From Octopus sinensis (Eukaryota), in NCBI RefSeq assembly GCF_006345805.1, contig NC_043004.1, positions 78,244,001 to 78,308,000 of the forward strand: DNA of 64,000 bases. The letters are read 5' to 3'. The notes under the pieces are model-generated. The model worked only from the letters and a program-made list of their open reading frames with translations, did not search any database and was not told where the DNA came from. The position numbers and the translations under genes were made by a program. This document shows positions 12,972-24,884 of the stretch, piece by piece. Positions within the stretch are counted from its first letter, which is position 1; each line of letters opens with the position of its first letter.

Positions 12972-13063
12972 ATTATTTTCAGATCCCAATCACCACACGT
13001 GACAAAAACAAAACTGTTATCAGACTGCAGTAAATGATTATCAATCATCCATTGGTCAAAATC
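12972..13063 (-). CDS. ERI3: ERI3 exon 4 (DFDQWMIDNHLLQSDNSFVFVTCGDWDLKI-M)
   Basis: 92 nt, phase 0/2; ExoII motif FVTCGDWDLK; acceptor ctatttcag, donor gtaaga. Confidence 0.95.
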
Positions 13064-13297
13064 CTGAAATAGAAGGAGATGGAGAGAGAGAGGAACTGTA
13101 AAATGTTAATCAGTAAAATTGAAATTAATAAGGAAGTGTGTAAAATGAGGGGAAGACCTTAAAATTGTACCTTAACGAGATTCAACCGTAAGTTTGTTCT
13201 GTTACAATTATCATCTTTGTTTTGTAAACAGATTATGTGGTTGGTGCCACATAGGAAGAACCCAAGCTAGTGTCATGGAAAAAGGACCCATGACTGT

Positions 13298-13545
13298 GTC
13301 ACATGAGCAGCATCTGTGCCAGTGTCCCATGAGAGGCATCTGTGCCTGTGTCACATGAGAAGCATTGGTGCCAGTGCCACAAGAACACCAATGCCCGTGC
13401 CACATGAGAAGCACTGGTGCCAGTTCCACATGAGCAGCACTGGTGCCAGTTCCACATGAGCAGCACTGGTGCCAGTTCCACATGAGAAGCACTGGTGCCA
13501 GTACCACATGAGCAGCACTGGTGCCAGTACCACATGAGAAGCATC
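13298..13545. repeat. 26-bp minisatellite (ccacatgagcagcactggtgccagtt), about 9 units
   Basis: Period 26 read directly; merges into an RTE-related repeat at 13545. Confidence 0.9.
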
Positions 13546-14355
13546 CAGTACACTCTGTAAAGTGGTTGGCATTAGGAAGGGCATCCAACCATAGAAACCA
13601 AGCCTAAACAGACGACTGGAGCCTGGTGCAGTCTTTTGGCTTGCTAGTTCTTGTCAAACGGTTCAATCCATGCCAGCATGGAAAACAGACGTTAAATGAT
13701 GATGTTGATAATATACAGAGAAACTCACATCATCATTACCATCATTGTTTAACATCCTCTTTTCCATACTTGCATAAGTCAAATGGAATTCATTGGGTCA
13801 GATTTTCTCTGGCCAGATGTCTTTCCTATTGCTAATCCTGTAATATTTCTCCACAGCCAAATACATTTTTGATACAAACAACCCCACTTGTATAACGGTG
13901 ATGCTCATTTACAACCATCAAGGGATGCGAAGACAAAGGAACACACAAATAGTCATGCAGGTGGCACAAGAAAAAGCATCCAGTAAAGCATGCTGTAAAG
14001 TGATTGGTGTTAGGAAGGGCATCTGGCCATAGAAACCATGGCCAAAATAGACAGTGGGGTTCCAGTGGCCCCTGAAGCTTGCTGGATCCTATCAAACTGT
14101 CTGACCCATGTCAGTGTGGAACACAAGTCTGACGGCCCATCCTAACGCCAGCCACTCCGAGAGTGTAATGGGTGTTTTTATGTACCACTGGCACATTTGC
14201 ATGACACTGGTATCTGCCATGACTGTGATTTTGCTCAGCTTGATGGGTCTTCTTAAACACGGCATAATGACAAAAGTCTTGGTCATTGCCTCCGTGAAGC
14301 CCAATGCTTGAAAGGAACTCAGCCAGACCAAGCAAAGCAAGCATAAATACCAGGA

Positions 14356-14478
14356 ATCAACACCACCACCACCACCACCACCACACCACCACCACCACAC
14401 CACCACCACCACTACCACCACCACCACCACCACACCACCACCACCACCACCACCACCACCACCACCACCACCACCATC
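14356..14478. repeat. (CAC)n microsatellite
   Basis: About 40 CAC units in ERI3 intron 3. Confidence 0.95.
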
Positions 14479-14752
14479 ATTATCACAATCATTTAACATC
14501 TACTTTTCATGCTAGCATGGATTGGATGGTTTGACAGGTGCTGGTGAGCCAGAGGACGGCCAAGCGTTATGACAGCTTGGTGCCCTTTCTAACACCAATG
14601 CAGGTTGTTTTCTAAAAGAAGCAATATGAGAATTTGTCTAAATATTCCTGATGGAAGCAACTGAGGAAATCAATGGAAATGAAATAAAATAGAAACTGGA
14701 GCCCCCCCCCCCCAGTGATTAACATAATTGGAAAGAAAAACTATTTGAATAC

Positions 14753-14812
14753 CTTAAGAACCTCATCGAGAGATGCCTGGTTATCGACCATATCTTGTAT
14801 GATTCCAGTCAG
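14753..14812 (-). CDS. ERI3: ERI3 exon 3 (LTGIIQDMVDNQASLDEVLK)
   Basis: 60 nt; acceptor ctatcttcag, donor gtattc; LTGIIQxMVD matches ERI3. Confidence 0.95.
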
Positions 14813-15832
14813 CTGAAGATAGAAAGAAAACAAAATAATAAACATTAATTATGAAAGCATGTCAAATGTCTTTTAAAATAGCCTTGGGTTGACAACCAAT
14901 TTGTGGCAGAGGGAAACTGTGCTGTAGCCTGAGGTGTGTGTATGAGTGTGCACTTGTTTGTCAGTTTAACGTTTGTCTTTCCATGCTGGCTTGGGTTAGA
15001 GCAGTGATTCTCAACCAGGATTCATATGACTCTGGGGGTGGGGCTTCGTATAAGATTTTCGTTTTAAAATTTATCTGCAATAAATTGGATACACTTCAGC
15101 AATACGCAAAATATGTTCTTTTACGCTTTTGTTTGTTTCAGTCATTTTGACTGTGGCTATGCTGAAGCACAGCCTTTAGTCAAGGGGCCAGTCTGGTGGT
15201 ACTGGCAACGGCCACGTCCAAATGGTGCCACCTGCACAGGAGCCAGTCCAGCGACACTGGCGACGACCTCGCTCGAATGTTTCATGTGCCACCAGCACAA
15301 GTGCTAGTAAGGCGACGTGGTAACAATCACGCTCGAATGGTGTGCTTAACATGCCATCAGCACAAAGGCCAGTTTGTTGCTCTGGCAACCTCACTTGTAT
15401 GGTACTCTTAGCGCTCCACTAACAACGGATGCCAATCACCGAGTTAAATATATATATCGTTGCTATTATGTTAATCTGTCATATGTCCAAATGTGTTGTT
15501 TTCAAAACTTAATTTTGCTTGCAATAGCTGATTCTTTTCGTTAAACTATCATATCTCCAGCTGCTTCAGACGAAAAGTGTCAAAATGTAGTACAACAGCT
15601 GAGGATTTTGCAAAAGTGTAGTAAGTCCCACATATGACAGTTTTGCAAGAATATTTCCAACTGAAAATATCATACATGCATAGAGTTACAGTTTTATGCA
15701 CCCAACAAAGTATTATTGTTAAGCTGAAACTGTTGCTAAGGTAATAAGAAATGGAATGGTGGAACTATTTTTTCATTTTCTGAAAAAGCAACATTTTGGA
15801 TTTATGACACTTTTGCATAATAGCAACAATAT

Positions 15833-16640
15833 CATCATCATCATCATCGTTTAACGTCCGCTTTCCATGCTAGCATTGGTTGGACGGTTCAACTGGGGTC
15901 TGGGAAGCCAGGAGGCTGCATCAGGCCCAGTCTGATCTGGCAGTATTTCTACAGCTGGATGCCCTTCCTAACGCCAACCACTCGGTGAGTGTAGTGGGTG
16001 CTTTTTACATGCCAGGCGAGGCTGGCAACGACCACGATTGCTTGGTGCTTTTTACGTGCCACCGGCACAGAGGCCATTCGGGGCGGCGCTGGCAACAGCC
16101 ACGTTCGGATGGTTCTTTCATGTGCCACCAGCACTGGTATCACAACTACAATTTCCATTGACTTTTGAGCGATTTCGATTTCACTTGCCTCAACAGGTCT
16201 TCGCAAGCAGAGTTTTGTGTCCCAAGAAGGAAAGGTATGCATAAGTGGGCTGGCTACATCCCAGGTAGTGGCCACGGGTTATGGCCTCACTTGTCCTGCC
16301 GGGTCTTCTCACGCACAGCATACTTCCAAAGGTCTCGGTCACTAGTCATCGCCTCGGTGAGACCTAATGTTTGAAGGTCGTGCCTCACCACCTCGTCCCA
16401 GGTTTTCCTGGGTCTACCTCTTCCACAGGTTCCCTCAACCACTAGGGTGTGGCACTTTTTCACACAATTATCTTCATCCATTCTTTCCACATGACCATAC
16501 CAGCGCAATCGTCTCTCTTGCACACTACAACTGATGCTTCTTAGGTCCAACTTTTCTCTCAAGGTACTTACACTCTGTCGAGTATGAACACTGACTTTAC
16601 ACATCCATCAGAGCATACTGGCTTCATTTCTTGCGAGCTT
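15833..16640 (-). mobile_element. 5'-truncated RTE-clade LINE: ORF C-terminus, 3' UTR and (GAT)n tail
   Basis: ORF 16287-16604 RRLRWYGHVERM...GRGRPRKTW; downstream aggaagggcatccagctgtagaaa segment and gatgat tail. Confidence 0.88.
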
Positions 16641-16670
16641 ACATCACAGCATCATGATATTGAACAGACC

Positions 16671-16717
<47 letters not shown>

Positions 16718-17579
16718 CATACACACACAACATGGTATCATAGAACTGTAATACATCACTGGTCACAATGCGCTTCACACTACTTTAGCCAACATTGCAC
16801 CTGATCAGAAGACTATTCCATAGCAGGGTCACCCATTACGGCTGAGTGGACTGGGCTTTGCTCAACAACACAATGTGCTGCTTGATCTGAGAATCAAACC
16901 CACCATCAAGTGATCATGACTGCAACACCCTAACCACTAGGCCATGCACCTACACAAGAAATTTTTATCCTACTATAAATCTGAGTGATGTTTCTCTGTC
17001 TGTTACATTTTTATGTTCTTTAACTCCTCCGAGAGCGTTGGCGCAAAGACAACAAAACTCAAACCAGCAACTCCCCTAATCCCAGGGAATGTTGTAAGGG
17101 GGTCTATTTTTTTAAGGGCTACCTAATTGGGGAACCACTGGCACCCCTATTTTTACTGCATATTTTAAACTAAATACATGGTACTGGCGACCAAACTGGA
17201 GCAATGATAATGAATTTCATACCATGGACTCCCAGGGAGTATCGTATGGAGGTTTAATTTCTGAAGGGCTGCTGAAATGGGGCCACACTGACTACCCCTT
17301 CCCCCTGTTTTTACTGCATTTACCTCGCTCCTACACTTATTGATTAAACTGATTAGCATCAGTGCTAAGCACATTTGCAGAAATAAGTTTGGGCATTCTA
17401 AATACCTTCACGTACATTCAAAAGTGTTGCAACAAATACGTTTCTGGTATGGTCGTGTGGATATTTATATTTTGTAGTTTATGAAACTTGTGTCTAGTTT
17501 TATAAATTCTCTAAAAAGATGTGGTTTGTTAGATAACAATTCCAACAAGATTTGTTAGACATTAAAATAAAATTCTTAC

Positions 17580-17696
17580 CTCAGTGCAGAAAGGCGTCAA
17601 AATAGGGTTGACTTGAGGTTTGACATATCTGTGGAATCTTGCTTCAGTCTCAAGTGTTTTAGAATTTAATTTCAAAACAGGGAATTCTATGATTTC
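17580..17696 (-). CDS. ERI3: ERI3 exon 2 (EIIEFPVLKLNSKTLETEARFHRYVKPQVNPILTPFCTE)
   Basis: 117 nt, phase 0/0; acceptor ttcttgtag, donor gtaaga; EIIEFP...FH.YV.P...LTPFCTE is typical of the ERI family. Confidence 0.95.
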
Positions 17697-18163
17697 CTAC
17701 AAGAAAGAACAGAAATCCATTTTTAAACAGAGTTAATCCCGAATACCTGATAAGCATTCCCCTTTATTCTGAAAAGTTTCAGTCACTGAAAGATGAAAGA
17801 CATTCTGTCTGGTAGGGACTGTTATGCACAATAAAGTTTCTCTATTCAGTGACCATATTCCTAATGAAATATATAACTATACGATTAAATTAGTTTTGAA
17901 ATAACCAAGAATTTAGATTGATCTTGTAAAATAATTTAGCTTTCATTAATTAATTAAGCTGGTGTTTGAAACAAATTTAAGATAGTCACCATTATTTATT
18001 GAAATGTCGAGTTCACCGAGTTACGACCCGTGGACAGAATTACCTCCCTTACATTGATAGACTATCTGAACAAGAAGACTATTCTTTGAAATGCAGTTTA
18101 GGCAATGTGCAATCTGTGTGTTCGTGTGTATACAATAATCCCTCGCATGTTATTTCTATGTCC

Positions 18164-18199
18164 CTTTCTGTCGAAGAGTGTAGGCTCGAAACGTAAAAG
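18164..18199 (+). ncRNA. Variant minimal hammerhead-like motif, probably in a Penelope-like pLTR remnant (~18000-18270)
   Basis: cttt-CTGTCGA-a-gag(tgtagg)ctc-GAAA-cg-TA^aaag; all stems form but core A6 is replaced by U. Confidence 0.45.
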
Positions 18200-18345
18200 A
18201 CTTTCTCACTTTCCGAGCGTAAAACTAATATATCTGTTTGTTGTTTACACCCCCGTCTTCGTCTTTTGTGTTTTTGTAAATTCTCACTATACCATTGGTT
18301 ACCATGGTAATGGTAACCTCAATGGAGGGCGAGATACTTGATCAA

Positions 18346-18502
18346 CAGGGGCGTAGCTAGGATGGGGCAAGCAGGGCACATGTCCTGGGCACCACTTTGA
18401 GGAGGGGGGGGGGGCGAGTTACCACATTTTGTTGGAGTGGGAGGGGGTGGGGCACAATTTCGATGCTTGCCATGAGCGCCATTTACCCTAGCTACGCCCT
18501 TG
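18346..18502. mobile_element. hAT-type MITE in ERI3 intron 1
   Basis: TIR caggggcgtagctagg / cctagctacgcccttg; 8-bp TSD ttgatcaa / ttgatcag. Confidence 0.85.
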
Positions 18503-19383
18503 TTGATCAGCTCCAGATGTTTTGGGAACGAGTATGATTCTTCTCATCAAGAACTAATTACAAGAACCTAAGCAGCATCAATGTTCTACCAAAGCTAAAA
18601 ATTTATCGAGAGGAATATTTTATTATCTTACTCATGGTTCATTTCAGCGTGGCCACACCACTGAAAAGTTCGCGTCAGATTCTCTTCGACAAAAATTACA
18701 GAAAGGACACATTAAATAATGATGAGGCTAACAAATGTAACCAGTAGCCACAGTATTTAGTCTTGTATAAGTCATACTCCTAATTTCGACATTACCCCCA
18801 AGTCTTTGTGTAAAAATGTCTTACCCTTCAACTTGCAAAATAGTACGACTTATATACAAATAAATAAGGTACGCTTTAAAATTATACTCATTGGTTACAT
18901 TGCTGTTTAGTCTAATATTTTAACTACATAGTTGAAAATTATAATTCAACATTTCGAAGACGTAAAAGTCCGTAAAATTTAAATCGGGAAATTAGAAATA
19001 CACACTAGTTGAATATGTCAGCTTTGATCAAAGCGGATCAGTAATCTGAAGCGTTTCAGTCGGCACCATCCTTCCCTTGTTTGTTGTATTTTTATTCAGG
19101 ACTGCATTATGTACCGTGTCTTTCATTTATTTTCAAACAGTAGGGCATTTATTTGAAGGGTATAGGGAGCTATTTTTAGCACGTCGAATAACCATGCTGG
19201 TGGTGTTGTCTCCCCTATCATATGAAACACATTTCCATCATATATTATTTGTTCTATAGACACTCGTTGATTATAATAACCCAGAATGCGATAGCAATTT
19301 ACAATTAATAAGGAGATCAAATATATTCAAAAATCAATCAATACTGACAATAATTACAAAATAAAAATCGAACACATGGTTAC

Positions 19384-19527
19384 CTGGGGACGTATTTTTC
19401 TTGTGTTGTCACATGTAGCTTCAAAGTCAAGAATCAGAAAATAATCAAAGCTTACAGATCGAACCGATTTTATGTTTTTCGCCATGAACACGCTTTGCTT
19501 GAGGGCATTTCGATGTGCTGCAGACAT
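19384..19527 (-). CDS. ERI3: ERI1-family exoribonuclease 3, coding exon 1 (MSAAHRNALKQSVFMAKNIKSVRSVSFDYFLILDFEATCDNTRKIRPQ)
   Basis: Manual translation. ExoI motif FDYFLILDFEATCD; donor CAG|GTAACC; first ATG at 19527 follows an in-frame TAA; second in-frame ATG at 19485. Confidence 0.92.
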
Positions 19528-19559
19528 ATTATAGAATTAGTTTCCGAAGAAAGTTTGGC

Positions 19560-19660
19560 TTTCAACAGGAAATGAATAACATTTGTATACAAATGAAGCT
19601 TAGTACTACTTCCGGTTACTATCTTTTACTTCCTGTTAAGTCATTCTACTTCCGGTTTCA
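19560..19660. promoter_or_regulatory. ETS/GABP-motif cluster, probable TATA-less promoter of ERI3
   Basis: ACTTCCGG at 19608, ACTTCCTG at 19628, ACTTCCGG at 19648 (exact 20-bp spacing), plus CAGGAAAT at ~19566; 40-130 nt upstream of the ATG in CpG-retaining DNA. Confidence 0.6.
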
Positions 19661-20739
19661 TTACTTGTCCGATTAGATTCCAGTCTTTCATTTTTATTCT
19701 TTATATTCTCTGTCTTTTTTGCTTTATGCAAGCAAATCTAAAGTCTTTTGTGGAAGAATTTCGGAATAGTCATTACTAGCTTATGGGGGAAGGGAAAGAA
19801 CCTGGATTTGACAGGCAAACATTTTTAAGAATTGAAAATTTTGAGGGAAAAAGTTCTATCAGAATGGTAATTCCCGTTGAATGAAACACAGGAATATTAT
19901 AAAAGGAAGAAAAATAAACCCTTCCAAATTCGTGTCCTTTTTCCTCATCAGGAGGTGATAATTATTTATAAAGTCGTCCCTTTTCACGATATACCTAAAC
20001 AGACGTGTCCCCACCTACTTTGTTTCTTTTATAACTTTCAGAAAACTGAATATTTTTGAAATGAAAATTTCTTTTTCAAATGGTGTAAATTACGATTATA
20101 CCAGAATTTAATGGGAAAAAAAATTGTCGGTTGCAAACATATATACTGACACACATTTATATCTACAAAAGAGAAGGTTGTGATGTGTGTCAGTATGTAT
20201 GTGTGCGCGGCTAGCGCTCTCCCTCTTACATTAAATTTTGATATAATTGCAGTCTAGACTATCTGAAAAATATTTGTAGAAAAATTCATTTTAAAATATC
20301 CATTTTTCGGAAAGTTATGAGGAAATAAAATCGTTGGTGTGGGGCACACTCTTCACTATCAAGGCGATATTTTATATAAATTAATTTCCCTACAGACCTC
20401 AAACTTGTGAAAGATCTGTAGAATTAACGACCTTAAGGACCTCACGTTGTAGACCCCTACTTTCTAGAAATAATAAATTGAACCCGAAGGAAATAAAAAA
20501 CGATAATTATTCGTTTTAGAATGAATTTTTGAACGCTACACAAACTCATTCGCTAAATTTGTCATTATACCGCTCTATCTTTAAACAGTCTTCAGATTTT
20601 CATGTTTTGAACACCAAATATTCAGAATGGTATTATTTATTTATTTTTTCCAAAAATTATTTAAATTTAAATCGGAAATTGAGATTAGGATTAATGGATT
20701 TACCACCATACTCCTGTTACATACATTCACGCCCCGCAC

Positions 20740-21330
20740 ACACACACAATGCATGGCATGAATGCATATTCCGTAAACCAGATGACAACAGCTGCATCGA
20801 CAGGAAGAATAGCTTCTCTTGGACCTTCGATAGATACATTAAATACCACCTAGAAGGATATGCCTTTGCTAGCCAGGAACAAGGGACAGCTAATAAATAC
20901 TTGTAAAGACTATTTACAATGCCATCTGTAGGAAGGATTGCTCTGACGGATACATCAAAGGTATATCAGAACCAACAGGTATTCATACCTTTAAAAACTA
21001 GGAATATTAGTGGAACAGCCTAATTAAAACATTAATTCGGTGAAGACATAACAGACCCCGTAATGTTCTGTGGGACAGGGAACATGAAATGCTGTGGAGG
21101 TCAACTGTCGTATACGGATGTGAATATACAATCAAAAGCCCAGGAAAAAGATAACATTTATGGTGAATAAATGCAGAACTTACTGCTCTTGTATCCTGAT
21201 TATGAGTTCTTATTTGCACCTATGGTGGCAGGTTATGTACTAAGAAATTTGCATACAAAAACTTAGAAATACTCGGTTTCACAGTAAAAGAGCAAAAGAA
21301 ACTGACGCGGATTCTTCAGGTCCAATTTAT
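20740..21330 (+). mobile_element. Highly degraded RLE-type LINE fragment
   Basis: Disrupted RHNRP.NVLWDRE and LLLLYPDYEFLFAP motifs resembling RLE endonuclease domains. Confidence 0.45.
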
Positions 21331-21560
21331 TAGTGACACAGTGAAGATCTGTGAGACATTCCAAAGATTCTCCCTCTGAGATTCTTTAAGTGAATAGATG
21401 CACGCGCTTGAATGTATTAATCGCCAGTTCAACCAACGCACAAACTCAACTTAGTATTTACAAAAATCGGAAACTTTTTAAACTCGAAAAGTCTTGTCAT
21501 TTTGAACTCTCTTAAAAAGAACTTAAATAAAACTCAAAGAAAAATCAAACATACATACAT

Positions 21561-21962
21561 ACACATCATTTGTGTTCGTACACTGTGAGCAAGGGAGTTA
21601 ACGCTCCCCCCTTCAGCCTTAGCGATGCATGCAGACCAATGGTTCCTGGGTTATTTCCCTTACTCGGTGCAGGACAGTCGCTGGCTAGAGATGGTAGCGA
21701 CTCACCTCACTCACAGTATATAGTTTTAAAGTAACACACAGTCATTGATATCGTAAGAAAAAAAGCAATCAGTTTTAAATCTCTGAGCGAGAAATATGTA
21801 GTAACAATACTGGATAGTGAAGTCACTGCCATTACTAGCCAGAGATTGTCCTGCACCAAGAAAGAGAAATAATCCAGAAACCATTTGTCTGCATGTATCG
21901 CTAAGGCTGAAAGGGGAGTATCAGCTCCCTTGCTCACAGTATACGAACACAAATGATGTGTC
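21561..21962. repeat. Fold-back element with ~145-bp inverted arms
   Basis: 21561-21705 is the reverse complement of ~21815-21962; 22030-22100 is in turn an inverted copy of ~21750-21830. Confidence 0.85.
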
Positions 21963-22114
21963 GCTAGCGAACTGGAGATGTTTGCCTGGGGCTAAACGGT
22001 AGTAACATCGTTCTAAGCAGGACTGCCACGTTACGTTGGCAAATAGACTTTACTATCCAGTACTGTTACTGCATATTTCTCGCTCAGTGATTTAAAACTA
22101 ATTGTTTTCGTCTT

Positions 22115-22167
<53 letters not shown>

Positions 22168-22337
22168 AATTGAGATAGAGGTTGCAAATGCAACCCTCCA
22201 TGGGATAACATATATCCAATATACTGCTAGTGAAGTACCCAACAAAGTTAATACATAAATGTTAAGGATTGCGATGCAATCAATTCATTTACTGTATTAT
22301 ATGGGCAAAGGTAAAATGTTTTACCACAAATTACTAA

Positions 22338-22470
22338 TACAAGATAAGAAAATGGAGAAATACATCTAAATCAAATATCAATTACCAGATAATACTCAAT
22401 CACATAGTTTATTAAACCACCACCTGGTAATTGATATTTGATTTAGTTGTATTTCTCCATTTTCTTATCT

Positions 22471-22474
<4 letters not shown>
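22338..22474. repeat. Near-perfect hairpin, 51-bp arms, 35-nt loop
   Basis: tacaagataagaaaatggagaaatacatctaaatcaaatatcaattaccag versus its reverse complement, 1 mismatch. Confidence 0.9.
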
Positions 22475-22520
<46 letters not shown>

Positions 22521-22739
22521 ATGAGTATCTAGGGATAAATTATGGAGGCAGGTACCGTAGGAGCTCTCAGGTATAGTCCAGGTATACAGTGGGTAGTATA
22601 TGCAACTTCATATTCTCTGTGCAGCAGAAACACGTGTCGGTCATTTTAACCAATAACGCTGCAAAAATAACTGCAAAAATTAAAAGATAAATTTGAAGAT
22701 GTACCAGTCTCCGTATTCTTTCTAACTGTTTTGGATTCA

Positions 22740-22740
22740 T

Positions 22741-22826
<86 letters not shown>

Positions 22827-22855
22827 GTAGATAGATAGGTAGGTAGATAAATAGG

Positions 22856-22886
<31 letters not shown>

Positions 22887-23010
22887 GTAGGTAGATAAAT
22901 AGGTAGATAGATAGATAGATAGGTAGGTAGGTAGGTAGGTAGGTAGGTGGGTGGGTGGATAAGATAGATGGATGGATGGATAGATAGATAGATATATAGA
23001 GAGAGATAGG

Positions 23011-23053
<43 letters not shown>

Positions 23054-23083
23054 GTAGGTAGATAGATGGATGGATGGATGGAT

Positions 23084-23152
<69 letters not shown>

Positions 23153-23155
23153 ATA
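22740..23155. repeat. (GATA)n/(GGTA)n/(GGAT)n compound tetranucleotide array
   Basis: Direct inspection. Confidence 0.95.
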
Positions 23156-23399
23156 GAAGTTTTAAACGAATGTCGCCGTCATACAATAATTGTCTTCAAT
23201 CTTCTGCGAAATCTTCCCAGCCATTGTGCTCTTCGCAATGGAAGGACTTAGGAAAATATTATCTTACATGGAAACGGTTGTAGGTTGGCGACAGGAAAGG
23301 CATTTGGTTGTAGAAAATCGTTTTCAACAATTTCTGACCGACCCATGGCTTGGCTTAGCTCTATGCTCTTGCTTGATGTGACTGGGGTCTTTCTAAGTT

Positions 23400-23840
23400 A
23401 GCATGACGTGTGCAAAATACATCGGGATGAGTTGGGAAACATCGTCAATGATGTAATCTAGAGTCATCAGGTGTTTCAGAGTTTTCAATATCAGATCAAC
23501 CTTACCTAGATAAGCTCAAACGGGGTTCAATAGAATCCGACTTGCTTCTCAGTATGAATATTTCGTGGAATAGCTCTTTTAATCCAAAGCCACCACGTGA
23601 CTTTCTCTGCGCCGTCACTTTCAAACTGAATGGCCCTCGCCTTTTCCACCATCCCTACTAAGCCCATCTGGTCTTGAACTTTACTGAGCAGAGTGTCCTG
23701 CAAAGCCTCAACAACCCACCTCTTAAAGCTCTCGGTATGCTTTCCAGTATCTGTCTTGGCTCTTCTCCGGTTCCTGATATTTAGTACGTTTCCTCTCGTT
23801 GGCTTCATCAATAAGCTCTTCCCAGATTGTCATCCTTGCT
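23400..23840 (-). mobile_element. HERO/NeSL-like non-LTR retrotransposon 3' end (RLE + 3' UTR)
   Basis: TIWEELIDEANERKRTKYQE, EVGC*GFAG, AEKVTWWLWIKR; 3' UTR resembles HERO (gaaacacctgatgac..ttacatcattgacgatg). Confidence 0.7.
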
Positions 23841-24702
23841 ATCAGAAAAGCCGTGAACCAGTGATTTGTTCATTGAAAACCTGAAATGAGCGACATTATC
23901 GATCACAAAACAGTGTTGAATATTTACAGTACTGTGTGATAGATTTAATCGACTATACTCACCTCCAAACCCGAGGCCCTGTCCCAGTGTCACGAATCAA
24001 TGTTACAAATCTCATAAAGAGATTGGTAGGGTATTGTTACAGTATTTAGCTTTGTTTTCCTGAGATCTGGGATCAAATTTCACAAGAGCTGACTTAAAAT
24101 AAGTACCAGGTATATACTAATGTCAATTTAATCGACCCAATATATCGCCGACGAATCTCTCTGGTAAATATCAATAGAGGGAATCAATACTCGTAAGTAG
24201 GGCAGCAAGTTGACCGAGAGACTGTGGAGTGTTGAACTGGGCGTTTCGTGGTAATAGGTTCCTTCTTTCTAGTTTCGAAGATGAAAACCGACAGCGTCGA
24301 TCTTTTTTTGTTGTCTTTTATTACACCGAGGTCCCTAAATGAGTTCATGGCGGTCAGTGACCTCCATTCTATTGGCATTTACTCCAACATTGACCTCGTT
24401 TCTTTTTAAGAAATCAATTTTATATATCGATGGTGGTTAGGCGGCGAGCTGTTAGAATTGTTATTACGCCGGGCAAAATGCTCAGCGGCATTTCGTCCGT
24501 CTTTACTCTCTGATTTCAAATTCTGCTGAGGTTGACTTTGTATTTCACCTTTTCGCAGTCGATAAAATAAGTACCAGTTGATTATTGGGGTCGATGTAAT
24601 CCACTGAACCTCCGCTCCCAAAATTTCAGGCCTTGTGTCTGTCTATAGTAGAAAGGATATGTAGGGTTAAACGAGTGCACGTAAAGAGTTGGCGACAAAT
24701 GT

Positions 24703-24884
24703 ATATTTGCTACCTAAATGTGGCTGACACATTGGGGACGATGCTACTGTTGTTTATAGCCTCAGGAAAACATCTCCTCCAGCCGGCAGTTTGTCGTTAA
24801 CCACCTGGAGGCGATGTCTTTCTGGGGCTATAAACAACAGTAGCATCGTCTCCTATGGGTCAGCCACATTTAGGCAGCAAATAT
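24703..24884. repeat. Hairpin with ~80-bp arms
   Basis: atatttgctacctaaatgtggctgac...cctccag paired with ctggagg...gtcagccacatttaggcagcaaatat. Confidence 0.88.

Noticed and set aside
13298-13545. CRISPR-like array
   Set aside because: Contiguous tandem units with no unique spacers, eukaryotic context, no cas genes.
16967-17460. Possible Helitron (5' TC start)
   Set aside because: No 3' hairpin-CTRR end found.
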